A DNA stretch of 64,000 bases, taken from Verrucomicrobiota bacterium (GTDB lineage Bacteria > Verrucomicrobiota > Verrucomicrobiia > Limisphaerales > CAIMTB01). A program made the translations under genes and the position numbers. The stretch spans positions 2,377-66,376 of the forward strand of contig CAUJJW010000274.1 of assembly GCA_963205105.1 (NCBI GenBank), read 5' to 3'. Shown in pieces: positions 19,026-28,435 of this stretch; position 1 is the stretch's first letter; each line of letters starts with the position of its first letter. The notes under the pieces were generated by a model, which worked only from the letters and a program-made list of their open reading frames with translations, did not search any database and was not told where the DNA came from.

Positions 19026-20093
19026 TCAGTACTCGTTGAAGATCCGTTGCAGTTCCCGCGGCTCCTTGGTCTTGGTCAGGGCCACCCTCAGAAGAATCCG
19101 CGCCTTTTGGGCGTTCAGGCTGTCAGCCGTCACCACACCGCGTCCGGCCTGGCGTTCGCTGAGCAACACCCGGCCCGATCCCTTTCGATCGCTCTGAACC
19201 ACAGCCACTCCCTTGGAAACCGCACCCAAAAGGGCCTGGGTCACCGCTGGCGACCCGTCCGCCAGCACGATCCCAGCCGCACCCGCCGTCACCAGTGCCT
19301 TCAGAGGTTCGGCCGATGCCTCCTGGTACCCGTAGACCACGTCCACGGGCGGCAGGTTGGTCAGGGTGCTGACATCAAACTCGGACTTCGCGGTGTGCCG
19401 GGTCAGCGGGGTTCGGTAAAACACCACCTTGTCGGCATCCGCATATCCCAGGGGGCCGATTTCCCTCGAAACGAAGGTCTCCACGCGGGTGGTGTTTCCC
19501 TTGGTCACCCAGCGCGCCGAATGAATGGTGTCGTCGAGCAGGACGAAGACCCCCTTCCCCACCGCCTCGGGCGTCACCGCCGTGCGCACGGCATTGTAGA
19601 GATTCAACGGGCCGTCACGGCTGATCGCCGACCAAGGACGCATGGCGCCGACCACGACCACCGGCTTTTCCGAACGTACGACCAAGTGCAGGAAATAGGC
19701 TGTTTCCTCCAGGGTGCCCGTTCCATGAGTGACCACCGCGCCGGCGACATCCGGACGGGACAAGGCTTCGTTGATGCCCTTGGCCAGTTTCAGCTGGAGT
19801 TCGGTGGTCATGTTGCCACTGCCGAGGTTGCTGACCTCGCGCACCTCCACCCGGGCGATCTCGCTCAATTCCGGGAGATCGGCCAACAACTCCAGGGGAG
19901 TCACCCGGCCGTCGCTGTATTCCGAGAGCTTCTGACGGTGCGCTCCCTTGCTCTGAATCGTCCCGCCCGTGGTGAAGACCACCACTCCAGGCAGCGACTC
20001 CGCCGCTTGCGCCGGAGAACCCGGGCCGGTTAGTCCCATCAGAACGGTCGCGCAGACCGTGCCCAACCATCGCTGGATCATCGTGCGTCGCAT
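19026..20093 (-). CDS. Type II asparaginase/glutaminase-fold protein, exported
   Basis: TTGGTIQS, VVTHGTGTLEET, VVVGAMRP, RWVTKGNTT and LNAQKARILL. Signal peptide ending ...PAQA. Confidence 0.9.
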   Translation of the reverse strand: MRRTMIQRWLGTVCATVLMGLTGPGSPAQAAESLPGVVVFTTGGTIQSKGAHRQKLSEYSDGRVTPLELLADLPELSEIARVEVREVSNLGSGNMTTELQLKLAKGINEALSRPDVAGAVVTHGTGTLEETAYFLHLVVRSEKPVVVVGAMRPWSAISRDGPLNLYNAVRTAVTPEAVGKGVFVLLDDTIHSARWVTKGNTTRVETFVSREIGPLGYADADKVVFYRTPLTRHTAKSEFDVSTLTNLPPVDVVYGYQEASAEPLKALVTAGAAGIVLADGSPAVTQALLGAVSKGVAVVQSDRKGSGRVLLSERQAGRGVVTADSLNAQKARILLRVALTKTKEPRELQRIFNEY

Positions 20094-20099
20094 GGTGTG

Positions 20100-21692
20100 T
20101 CAGTAGTCCAAGGTTTCTCCGGGAAGCGCCGGCGTGGTGGCCGGGGTCTTTCGATGTTTCGTTTGCTGTTCGTAGGCGTAGGCGAGACCGATGACCGTCG
20201 GCTCGGCGTAAAGACGCCCCGTGAATTCGAGACCCAGGGGAAGCCCATCCGGTGTGTAGCCACAGGGAACAATAACCGTCGGGTAACCTGTCACCGTGCT
20301 CAACCGCGCGGAACTGCCGCGGGAACGCTGCTCCGCCACCGGCGTGTTGCCGTTGTTGGGCGCCGCCTCAGCAATGGTGGGAATGGGTTGGGTGCGATGC
20401 GGGTAGACCAGGGCGTCCAACCCGTAGCGATCCATCATCCCGGTCACCACCTCACGGGCCACGGCACGTCCCCGCACCTTGGCAGCGTATTCGGGATTCT
20501 CCTCCATCCGGGGCTCCGCATCGCACGCGATGTAGCGGGTCTTCAATCGTCCCAGGTACTTCCCGGTCGCAATCAGTTCGGTGAGGCTCTTGACCGGTAC
20601 CGTCCCGCGACGTGTCGCCAGATAGGCGTTCAAGCCCCACTTGTACTCGTCGTCGCTCATGTTGACGTCCCGCAGGAGGGCCCAGAGATCGGTGTCCGGA
20701 GCCACCGGGTCCACCAGGACGGCTCCCGCCTTCTTGAGATCCGCCAACGCCTTCTTGAAGAGGTTCAGTGCCGCCTGATGCTCCGGCCCTTCCCCGTTCA
20801 ACTGCCACAACACACCCAGTCGGGCCCCTTTCAATCGTTGCGCGTCCAGAAACGGGAGGTAACCGCCCGCCGGTTTCTTGCCGGCCGACTTCAAGGTGAC
20901 CAGGTCCGCCGCATCGACACCCGACATCGCCGACAGCAACGCCGCGGCATCCGTCACGTTGCGGGCCATCGGCCCCACCCGATCCAGGGTCAGCGAAATC
21001 GGAATCACCCCATCCCGGCTCACCAAACCCTCCGACGGCGAGATGCCCACCAGTCCGTTGTTGTTGCTTGGACTGCGCACCGAGGAGCCCGTCTCCGTAC
21101 CCAAACCGCCCTGGGCGAGCACGCCGCTCACCGCTGCTCCAGTGCCGGCGCTGGACCCACCGGGAATGTGGTCGAGTTGATAGGGGTTCTTCGTCTGTCC
21201 GCCCAGGGAACTGGTGCCGGAACCGCCCCGTGCAAATTCGTCCAGATTCACCGCAGCGAGAATGATCGCTCCGGCATCCCGAAGGCGCGCGACGGTGAAG
21301 GCATCATCGGGAGGCAGGCAGTCCTTGAGGGCCAGTGAACCGCCGGTGGTCGGGAGATCCACCACATCAATGTTGGCTTTGATCACCACCGGCACCCCGT
21401 GAAGCACCGAGCGGGGTCCCTTCTGCTTGCGTTCCGCATCGAGCGCTTTTGCCACCTCCAGCGCGCGGGCGTTGAGCGAGAGAACAGAGTTGAGGGCCGG
21501 TCCCTTCTGATCATAGGCGTCAATCCGCGCGAGGTAGAGCCGGGTCAGTTGCTCGGCCGAAAGTTTCCCCGAATCCATCGCCGCCTGGATGTCCAGCACG
21601 GTGGAACTCCCCAGATCAAAGGACGCCGCTCCAGACGAGACGGACAACGAAACAGCAAGCCAACCTGCCATCCACCGGATCGTTCTGTTCAT
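20100..21692 (-). CDS. AS family amidase, Sec-type clade
   Basis: PVVIKAN, GGSSAGTGA and GTETGSSVRSP. Signal MNRTIRWMAGWLAVSLSVSSGA. Start uncertain (21692/21698). Confidence 0.92.
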   Translation of the reverse strand: MNRTIRWMAGWLAVSLSVSSGAASFDLGSSTVLDIQAAMDSGKLSAEQLTRLYLARIDAYDQKGPALNSVLSLNARALEVAKALDAERKQKGPRSVLHGVPVVIKANIDVVDLPTTGGSLALKDCLPPDDAFTVARLRDAGAIILAAVNLDEFARGGSGTSSLGGQTKNPYQLDHIPGGSSAGTGAAVSGVLAQGGLGTETGSSVRSPSNNNGLVGISPSEGLVSRDGVIPISLTLDRVGPMARNVTDAAALLSAMSGVDAADLVTLKSAGKKPAGGYLPFLDAQRLKGARLGVLWQLNGEGPEHQAALNLFKKALADLKKAGAVLVDPVAPDTDLWALLRDVNMSDDEYKWGLNAYLATRRGTVPVKSLTELIATGKYLGRLKTRYIACDAEPRMEENPEYAAKVRGRAVAREVVTGMMDRYGLDALVYPHRTQPIPTIAEAAPNNGNTPVAEQRSRGSSARLSTVTGYPTVIVPCGYTPDGLPLGLEFTGRLYAEPTVIGLAYAYEQQTKHRKTPATTPALPGETLDY

Positions 21693-21759
21693 GCGCATAC
21701 AGGGAAATTCCGCCACCGTATTCACCGATCTCCGACCGAGCCACAGGGACCCGCGCCGA

Positions 21760-23376
21760 TCACATCCCGAGCGCTTCACCCGCCAGAGCGGGAGTGCTCT
21801 TGGGGGACTTGCGGTGTCCCGTCTTGGCTTCGAAACCCGAGGCCACCTTGATCAAGGTCGGTTCACTGAACGGCCGTCCAAGGAACTGGACCGCGAAGGG
21901 CATTCCGTCGGCGGCAAAGAAACCACCAGGAACGATGATCGTGGGAAGACCGGTGTAGGAACTGAGGTTGTTGCGGATGTCCGGAGGCCGGTCCGCGCCC
22001 ACCGGAATGTCCTCCGTGAGAAAAGTACGGAAGGGAAGAATGATTCCGTCCAACTGGTACTTGTCCATCAGCCCGACCAGGGCGGCCACCAGCACTTGCT
22101 TTTGGCGAATGGCAGCGAACAAGGGCTTGTGATGATCCAGCGACTCGATTTTGGCCGCCTCGATGATGGTCGGCTTCACGATATCGCGGGCCTTGGCGAT
22201 CATTTCTTCCACGGTCCGGATGGGCGCGTTGGGTCCCAGGCCCGCGAGGTAGTGGTTGATCGCGAACGCCCTCTCGTAAGTCGCCGATCCGGCGTCGGCC
22301 TGAGCTTCAATCAGATTCAGACCGGTGAGCACCGGATCGACCAGAATGGCGCCTGCAGCCTTCATGTCCTTCATGGCTTGTTCCATCAGCGCCAGTCCCT
22401 GCTCGTGCTTGGGGCCCTTTCGGAACATTTCCCGAAGCACACCCAGCCGGGCCCCAGAGAGGCCGTTGGTGGAAACGAAGGAGGTGTAGGGGTGGTCGGG
22501 CATCTTCCCGAGCCCCTCCAGGGTCACCAAGTCCGCGGCGTCAAACCCGGCAATCACATCCAGCACCGCCGCACAATCGTACACCGAGCGACCCATGGGC
22601 CCACCGTTCTCCTGAAATGGCGAACTCCACATCATGCCGGAGCGACTCACCAACCCGTGGCTGGCGGAAATTCCCACGATGTTGTTCAACGTGCTGGGAA
22701 TGACAATCGACCCACCCGTGTCCGACCCCAGGCCCACGGTTCCCAGCCAGGCAGCCATCGCGGCTCCAGTACCGGAGCTGGAGCCACCGGGAAATTTCTT
22801 CGCGTTGTACGGACTTAGTACCTGCCCGCCCAGGGTGCTGCCACCCGTCGGCGCCGTCCCGTACCAGTCGGATTGATTCAGTTTCGCCAGTATGATCGCG
22901 CCCGCCTTCCGGAGCCGGTCGATGACGAACGAATCCTTCAGCGGTTGGGAGGTTGCCATCGGCTTGAAACCACCCGTCGTCGGCATGTCCGACGTGTCGA
23001 ACACGTCCTTCGCCATGACCGGGATCCCGTGCAGCACCGAACGCGGCCCCTTCTCCTTGCGCTCCTGATCCAGAGCGCGCGCGGTCTCCAGCGCCTTGGC
23101 GTTCAGGGTGATCACCGTGTTCAGCGCTGGCCCCTTCTTGTCGTAGGCCTCAATCCGCGCCAGATACAACTGCACCAAACGTTCCGCGGTGAGCGTTCCC
23201 TGGGTCATCGCCGCCTGAAGATCGGCAATGGTGGCTGTTTCCAACGCCAGCGGCGCCGCCCCCGAGGAACGCGCCACCAGCATCCCGGGCAACGCCATCA
23301 GGATGGCGAGCCCGATCCCACCCGCCGAACCGGACAAAGGCCGGGTGGGACGCGGCCGGGGCCATAAATGTCGCAC
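21760..23376 (-). CDS. AS family amidase, Sec-type clade (start uncertain; frame open to 23592)
   Basis: PVMAKDVFD, GGSSSGTGA and GSDTGGSIVIP. Hydrophobic signal GIGLAILMALPGMLVA. The in-frame GTG at 23376 was chosen; the upstream stretch is low-complexity Arg/Gly. Confidence 0.9.
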   Translation of the reverse strand: MRHLWPRPRPTRPLSGSAGGIGLAILMALPGMLVARSSGAAPLALETATIADLQAAMTQGTLTAERLVQLYLARIEAYDKKGPALNTVITLNAKALETARALDQERKEKGPRSVLHGIPVMAKDVFDTSDMPTTGGFKPMATSQPLKDSFVIDRLRKAGAIILAKLNQSDWYGTAPTGGSTLGGQVLSPYNAKKFPGGSSSGTGAAMAAWLGTVGLGSDTGGSIVIPSTLNNIVGISASHGLVSRSGMMWSSPFQENGGPMGRSVYDCAAVLDVIAGFDAADLVTLEGLGKMPDHPYTSFVSTNGLSGARLGVLREMFRKGPKHEQGLALMEQAMKDMKAAGAILVDPVLTGLNLIEAQADAGSATYERAFAINHYLAGLGPNAPIRTVEEMIAKARDIVKPTIIEAAKIESLDHHKPLFAAIRQKQVLVAALVGLMDKYQLDGIILPFRTFLTEDIPVGADRPPDIRNNLSSYTGLPTIIVPGGFFAADGMPFAVQFLGRPFSEPTLIKVASGFEAKTGHRKSPKSTPALAGEALGM

Positions 23377-23588
23377 CCAGGCCAGGAGTTTCCCTCCCGC
23401 TTTTCCCGGATGAAACGGGGTTGACCCGCCAACCGCACCGACGCCCAACCATCCGCCAACGCCACCACGGGACCGACCGGGACGATGAACGCCGTGCTTT
23501 CGGGATCCCGCCCGTTGGTTCCGGCGGGTCGGCCGGACTGCCGGAGCGGTATGGGTCCTCGGGGATCTTCGGGGGGCGGGGCGCATGG

Positions 23589-25181
23589 TCACTTGGAGCT
23601 GAGGGTTCGCTCGAAAGTTTCCCCCGGGAGGGCCGGCGTGCTTTCCGGTGGTTTCCGTCGGCGGGTGGCCTGTTCGACGCCGTAGGCCACCTGCAATAGC
23701 TTCAGGTCGTCGAAGGATTTCCCGACCAACTGGATACCCACCGGAAGGTTCTGGCTGGTGTAGCCTCCCGGAAGAATGATGCCCGGCAACCCTGTCGTGG
23801 ACGTCAGGTTGTTCAGGGAACTGGCCGGTCCCGGGCTCGACGGTTCACCGTTCTTCGGCGGCGTCGAACGATAGAGCAGGACCAGGGCGTCAAGATCGTG
23901 ACGAACGATGAGGGAATCGATCAGGTCGCGGATGGATTTGCGGCTGCGGTAACGCGCTTCAAATTCCGGGTTCTTGTCAGCCGGCGGATACGTGAGGCCC
24001 TTGATGTAGCGTTCACTGAACTTCTCAGGGCCAACCTTCGCGATCATCTCCTCCATGGTCTTGTAGGGACGGTTCGGTCCGAGGCGTGAGAGGTACACGT
24101 TGCCGGCAGAAATCACTTCAAACTCCGCAACGCCGCTGAAGGCGCTGGAAGACTGACGTCGCAGATCAATGCCGGTGAGGATCGGGTCCATCACCTGGGC
24201 GCCCGCTTTCACCATGTCCGAAAGGAACGATTCAAACACCGCCTTGGCGGGAGCGTCTTCAGGAGCGGTGCTCACCATCTCGCGCAGAACACCGATCCGG
24301 CGCCCCCTGAGGGATCCGGAACCCAGTTGTTCCGCCCATTCCATCTTCGGGAACCGGCCGATGCCTTGGTAAGTGTCGAGGTCCTCGGGATCCCAACCGG
24401 CCATGCAGCCCAGCAGAACCGTCATGTCATACACATTTCGCGCCATCGGACCTGCCCGGTCCTGGGTGGGACCGCGCGGCACAATGCCGGTGCGGGTGAG
24501 CAAACCCTGGGTGGCCACCATGCCAGCCAGACTGCAAAAGGCGGAAGGGTTCTGCACCGAACCACCGGTGTCCGTGCCCACACCCACCGTCGCGAACCAG
24601 CAGGCAATGGCCGCACCCACCCCGTTGCTGGAACCGCCTGGTTGGTAGTCTTCGTTGTAGGGGTTCTCGGTGGCCCCAATCGGATGGGTCTCACCGAAGC
24701 CGTCCGCGCCGAACCAGTTCACCGTCGCCACCTTGGCGATGATGACCGCTCCCGCTTCCCGGAGGCGTGCCACCACACCCGCGTCGCGTTCGGGCATAGG
24801 ACTACCGAACGGCTTGAACCCAGCCGTGGTGGGAAGGCCTTCCATGTCGATCAGATCCTTGATCACGACGGGAATGCCGTGCATCGGGGATCGGCGACCT
24901 TTGGCGCGGCGTTCCGCATCCAACAGACGGGCCTCCTCCAACGCCTTGGGATTGGCGGTGATGACCGAGTTGATCTTGGGTCCTTGTTTGTCGTAGGCGT
25001 CGATGCGCGCGAGGTACATCTTCACCAGTTTTTCCGACGACAAAGTTCCCCCATCCATCGCCGCTTGAAGATCGGCGATGGTGGCGTTGGAGAGGTCCAC
25101 GGCCGCGGCATGGGCTTTGGAAGCCGCACACGTGAGCACAAGGAGGGCGATTAACCGCAGAAGCAAGGGGCAGGCGTTCAT
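23589..25181 (-). CDS. AS family amidase, Sec-type clade
   Basis: PVVIKDLID, GGSSNGVGA and GTDTGGSVQNP. Signal ...LLRLIALLVLTCAASKAHA. Confidence 0.93.
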   Translation of the reverse strand: MNACPLLLRLIALLVLTCAASKAHAAAVDLSNATIADLQAAMDGGTLSSEKLVKMYLARIDAYDKQGPKINSVITANPKALEEARLLDAERRAKGRRSPMHGIPVVIKDLIDMEGLPTTAGFKPFGSPMPERDAGVVARLREAGAVIIAKVATVNWFGADGFGETHPIGATENPYNEDYQPGGSSNGVGAAIACWFATVGVGTDTGGSVQNPSAFCSLAGMVATQGLLTRTGIVPRGPTQDRAGPMARNVYDMTVLLGCMAGWDPEDLDTYQGIGRFPKMEWAEQLGSGSLRGRRIGVLREMVSTAPEDAPAKAVFESFLSDMVKAGAQVMDPILTGIDLRRQSSSAFSGVAEFEVISAGNVYLSRLGPNRPYKTMEEMIAKVGPEKFSERYIKGLTYPPADKNPEFEARYRSRKSIRDLIDSLIVRHDLDALVLLYRSTPPKNGEPSSPGPASSLNNLTSTTGLPGIILPGGYTSQNLPVGIQLVGKSFDDLKLLQVAYGVEQATRRRKPPESTPALPGETFERTLSSK

Positions 25182-25186
25182 GAGGG

Positions 25187-26860
25187 TTAGCGGGTCGAGG
25201 TGAGCAGATCCAAGGTGAGGGTCTCTCCAGGCAGAGGAGGCGTGAGGGGCGGTGACTTGCGGTGCTGGGTCACGGCTTCATAGCCGCTCGCCACTTTGAT
25301 CAAGGTGGGCTCCGAGAAGGGTCTCCCGATAACTTGCATCGCGAACGGCATGCCGTCCGAGGGGAAGAATCCGCCGGGAACAATGATCGTCGGCAGTCCG
25401 GTGAAGGAGTGGAGCGTGTTGCGGGTCTCATTGCTGATGCCGCTGCTGCCGTTCACCCGAACATCGGTCGTGTAATCTTGGGGAATGGCTGTTCGGTACG
25501 GCAGCACCAGACAGTCCAGGCGATGTTTGTCCATCAGACCCACCAGGGCTGCCTTCAGCATTTCCTGGTGTTCCTTGATGGCCGCAAACCCGGCATGCCG
25601 GTCCAGCGTCTTGATCTTCGCGGTCTCGATGATCACCGGCTTCACCAGACTCCCACCCTTCGCGATCATTTCCTCAACGCTCCGGATCGGCGCATCCGCC
25701 GGCAGTCCCGCAAGGTAGGCATCAATAGCCAGGGCGCGTGAGTACTTGGCCTCGCCGCCGTCGTTCTGGGTTTCGACCAGATTCAGTCCCGTGAGCACCG
25801 GATCCACGATGACGGCGCCCGCTTCCTTCATGTCGGCCAGCGCCTTTTCAGCCAGGGCTAGGCCTTCGGTATGGATGGGGCCGCTTCGGAACATCTCGCG
25901 CAGCACACCGACCCGCGCTCCGGCCAGCCCCTTTGGGTCCACAAAACTGGTGTACGGACGGTCCGGTAGTTTCCCGATGGACGATTCCGTGATCAGGTCG
26001 CCCGGGTCATAGCCCGCGATGGCATCCAGAACGGCGGCGCAGTCATAGACGCTGCGACCCATGGGCCCGCCCTTCTCCTGGCCTGGCGAACTCCACATCA
26101 TGCCGCGACGGCTGATCAGCCCCTCGGTCATGGCGAAACCGACCAGATTTCCGTGAGCGCTGGGATTGACGATCGAACCGCTGGTGTCGCTGCCGAGTCC
26201 AACCGTGCCGAACCACGCAGCCATGGCGGCGCCAGTACCGGAACTCGATCCACCGCCGTATTTCTTCGGGTTGTACGGGCTCACCACCGGCCCCATCCAG
26301 GTGCTCCCACCTGGAGCCGCCACCCCGTACCAATCCGACTGGTTCAATTTGGCGAGAATGATCGCGCCCGCCTGGCGCAGACGCTCGATCACGAACGCGT
26401 CCCGGGAGGGCTGCGACGTCGCCATCGGTTTGAACCCACCGCTGGTCGGCATGTCTTTCGTGTCGAAGACGTCCTTGGCCATGACCACGATCCCGTGCAA
26501 CGGCGACCGAGGACCCTTCACCCGTCGTTCCGCATCGAGCGCACGCGCCTCTTCCAGGGCCTTCGAGTTCAGCGTCAAAACGGTGTTCAGCTTGGGACCC
26601 TTCTGGTCGTAGGCCTCGATTCGCGCCAGGTAGAGCTGCACCAGCTTCTCAGCCGTCAGCCCACCCGACTCCATCGCCTTCTGCAGTTCCGCCACCGTGG
26701 CGGTCCCCAGGTCGATGGAAACCACGCCATAGGCCGGCAGCGCCATGCCGATCGCCGCAGCAAGGGCCAAAGCCCACCCGTGCGAGCGTCGGGGCGATGG
26801 GGCACGTGACGCCAACCGGTGTTCCGAGGGGATACTCTTGGGGTGAATCGTCGATTTCAT
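25187..26860 (-). CDS. AS family amidase, Sec-type clade
   Basis: VVMAKDVFD, GGSSSGTGA and GSDTSGSIVNP. Signal ...WALALAAAIGMALPAYG. ATG at 26860 overlaps the upstream TGA (ATGA). Confidence 0.92.
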   Translation of the reverse strand: MKSTIHPKSIPSEHRLASRAPSPRRSHGWALALAAAIGMALPAYGVVSIDLGTATVAELQKAMESGGLTAEKLVQLYLARIEAYDQKGPKLNTVLTLNSKALEEARALDAERRVKGPRSPLHGIVVMAKDVFDTKDMPTSGGFKPMATSQPSRDAFVIERLRQAGAIILAKLNQSDWYGVAAPGGSTWMGPVVSPYNPKKYGGGSSSGTGAAMAAWFGTVGLGSDTSGSIVNPSAHGNLVGFAMTEGLISRRGMMWSSPGQEKGGPMGRSVYDCAAVLDAIAGYDPGDLITESSIGKLPDRPYTSFVDPKGLAGARVGVLREMFRSGPIHTEGLALAEKALADMKEAGAVIVDPVLTGLNLVETQNDGGEAKYSRALAIDAYLAGLPADAPIRSVEEMIAKGGSLVKPVIIETAKIKTLDRHAGFAAIKEHQEMLKAALVGLMDKHRLDCLVLPYRTAIPQDYTTDVRVNGSSGISNETRNTLHSFTGLPTIIVPGGFFPSDGMPFAMQVIGRPFSEPTLIKVASGYEAVTQHRKSPPLTPPLPGETLTLDLLTSTR

Positions 26861-28413
26861 GTCGTGAAGTCCTTGGGTTTCTGCCATCCGCCAAACCGCG
26901 TCTCCATCTCCTGCGCCACGGCGATCGACACATCTTCCCGCCACGGGCGGGCCACCACTTGCAGGCCGATGGGAAGTCCTTCCGGGGAGGTGCCAGCCCG
27001 CACCACCAAGGCCGGCCATCCCGTGACGTTGAAGAGGCTTCGGTAACTGGTCGTCTCAGGCGCCTTCTGACCAATCACCCGCGCGGGGGCGGCATCGGTC
27101 GGACACAGCAGCACGTCGTATTTGGAGAACCAGGTCAGCATCCGCGAACGGATTTCATCCTGTTGCTCCAGCGCCTCCTCAAACTCCGGCACCGACAGCG
27201 AAGGACCGTCGAAGACGCGTCCGGGAGAAGGCGGGTGGGTTCCCACACGCGCATTGACCCGGCCGATGAACGCGCCACCGTCCGCACTCCGCACCCGCGG
27301 TAGCAGACCATAGGCTTCCATGTATCCGGAGGGCGCCGATTCCTCGACCACGCAACCCAGGGATTCCATGGCCTTCGCCGCGGCCCGCACCATCGCCACG
27401 GTCTCTGCGGTCGGACCGTGGTAACCGTTCACGTCGGTGAAGAACGCGACGCGAAGCTTCTTGAGATCCACCTTCCACGGATCCAGCACCGGCATCGGCT
27501 TGATCGCGGCGTCCTGAAAGTCCGGCCCCGCCAGGATGGGAAGGAGCAGCGCGATGTCCTCCACCCGGCGCGCCATCGGCCCGATCTGCTGGTAGGCATC
27601 GTAGACGCCGCCGTAATCCACCACGTGACCGGTCCGGGGAACGCGACCTGAGGTGCCCTTCAAGCCGACAATCCCGTTGCAATGAGCCGGATTGCGGATG
27701 CTGCCGCCGAAATCACTGCCAATGTCGAAGGCCGCCCCGCCCGCAGCCACGATGGATCCCGCCCCACCGCTGCTGCCACCGCAGGACCGCGAGGGATCGT
27801 AGGGATTGCGGGTCACTCCGAAGAGGATGTTGACCGTGGTTCCCAGATCCCGAAGTCCAGGACTGCCCAGGGTGAACTCGGGCGTGTTGGTCTTGCCCAG
27901 GAGGATGGCGCCAGCAGCCCGGGCCCTCGCCACCGCGGTGGCGTCGGTGTCCGGAACGCGGGTCAACCACCCGAGAGTGCCACCCGTGGTCCGCACCCCG
28001 GCGGTGTCCAAGGAATCCTTGATGGTCATCGGAACCCCGTGCAGCGGCCCGAGAACTTCCCCTTTTGCCAGGCGTTCATCGGCGAGTTTGGCCTCCAACA
28101 GGGCACGGTCGCCGCACACGGTCACCACGGCATTCAAGATGGGGTTCACCTTGTCGATCTGCTTGAGGAAGGCTTGGACGGCTTCCACCGCCGAAACCTT
28201 CTTGGTCCGGATTTCCTGCGCCAACCGTGACGCCGACATGGAGGTGATCTCTGTCGAGGTGTCGCGCACCAGAGGGGCTACGACCGACGATGCGCGTGCG
28301 TGGACGGCCGTCGCGGACGCCAGAACCGCGGCGACCCGGGACATCGGCTTGAACAAGCTGCGGCGATTCATCGATCCGCGCCGCGTGGTGGAAGAGGTAG
28401 GAGGCATGCTCAT
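26857..28413 (-). CDS. AS family amidase, Tat-type clade
   Basis: PMTIKDS, GGSSGGAGS and GSDFGGSIRNP. NRRSLFK twin-Arg motif. Confidence 0.92.
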   Translation of the reverse strand: MSMPPTSSTTRRGSMNRRSLFKPMSRVAAVLASATAVHARASSVVAPLVRDTSTEITSMSASRLAQEIRTKKVSAVEAVQAFLKQIDKVNPILNAVVTVCGDRALLEAKLADERLAKGEVLGPLHGVPMTIKDSLDTAGVRTTGGTLGWLTRVPDTDATAVARARAAGAILLGKTNTPEFTLGSPGLRDLGTTVNILFGVTRNPYDPSRSCGGSSGGAGSIVAAGGAAFDIGSDFGGSIRNPAHCNGIVGLKGTSGRVPRTGHVVDYGGVYDAYQQIGPMARRVEDIALLLPILAGPDFQDAAIKPMPVLDPWKVDLKKLRVAFFTDVNGYHGPTAETVAMVRAAAKAMESLGCVVEESAPSGYMEAYGLLPRVRSADGGAFIGRVNARVGTHPPSPGRVFDGPSLSVPEFEEALEQQDEIRSRMLTWFSKYDVLLCPTDAAPARVIGQKAPETTSYRSLFNVTGWPALVVRAGTSPEGLPIGLQVVARPWREDVSIAVAQEMETRFGGWQKPKDFTT

Positions 28414-28435
28414 AGGGGGGTCAAGTGGCTGAGTT

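Noticed and set aside
17868-20033. Long antisense/alternate-frame ORFs (e.g. 17868-20033 +, 56447-58954 +, 47147-48910 -, 54337-55956 +, 11803-13305 +, 16529-18055 +)
   Set aside because: They lie opposite genes with clear family motifs, are Arg/Gly/His-rich without recognisable motifs, and are the expected shadow of stop-poor high-GC codon usage.
23377-23592. Arg/Gly-rich ~70-aa leader on amidase 21760 as a novel domain or hidden regulatory RNA
   Set aside because: It is low complexity and the start codon is unresolved. I found only short hairpins and no convincing promoter motif.
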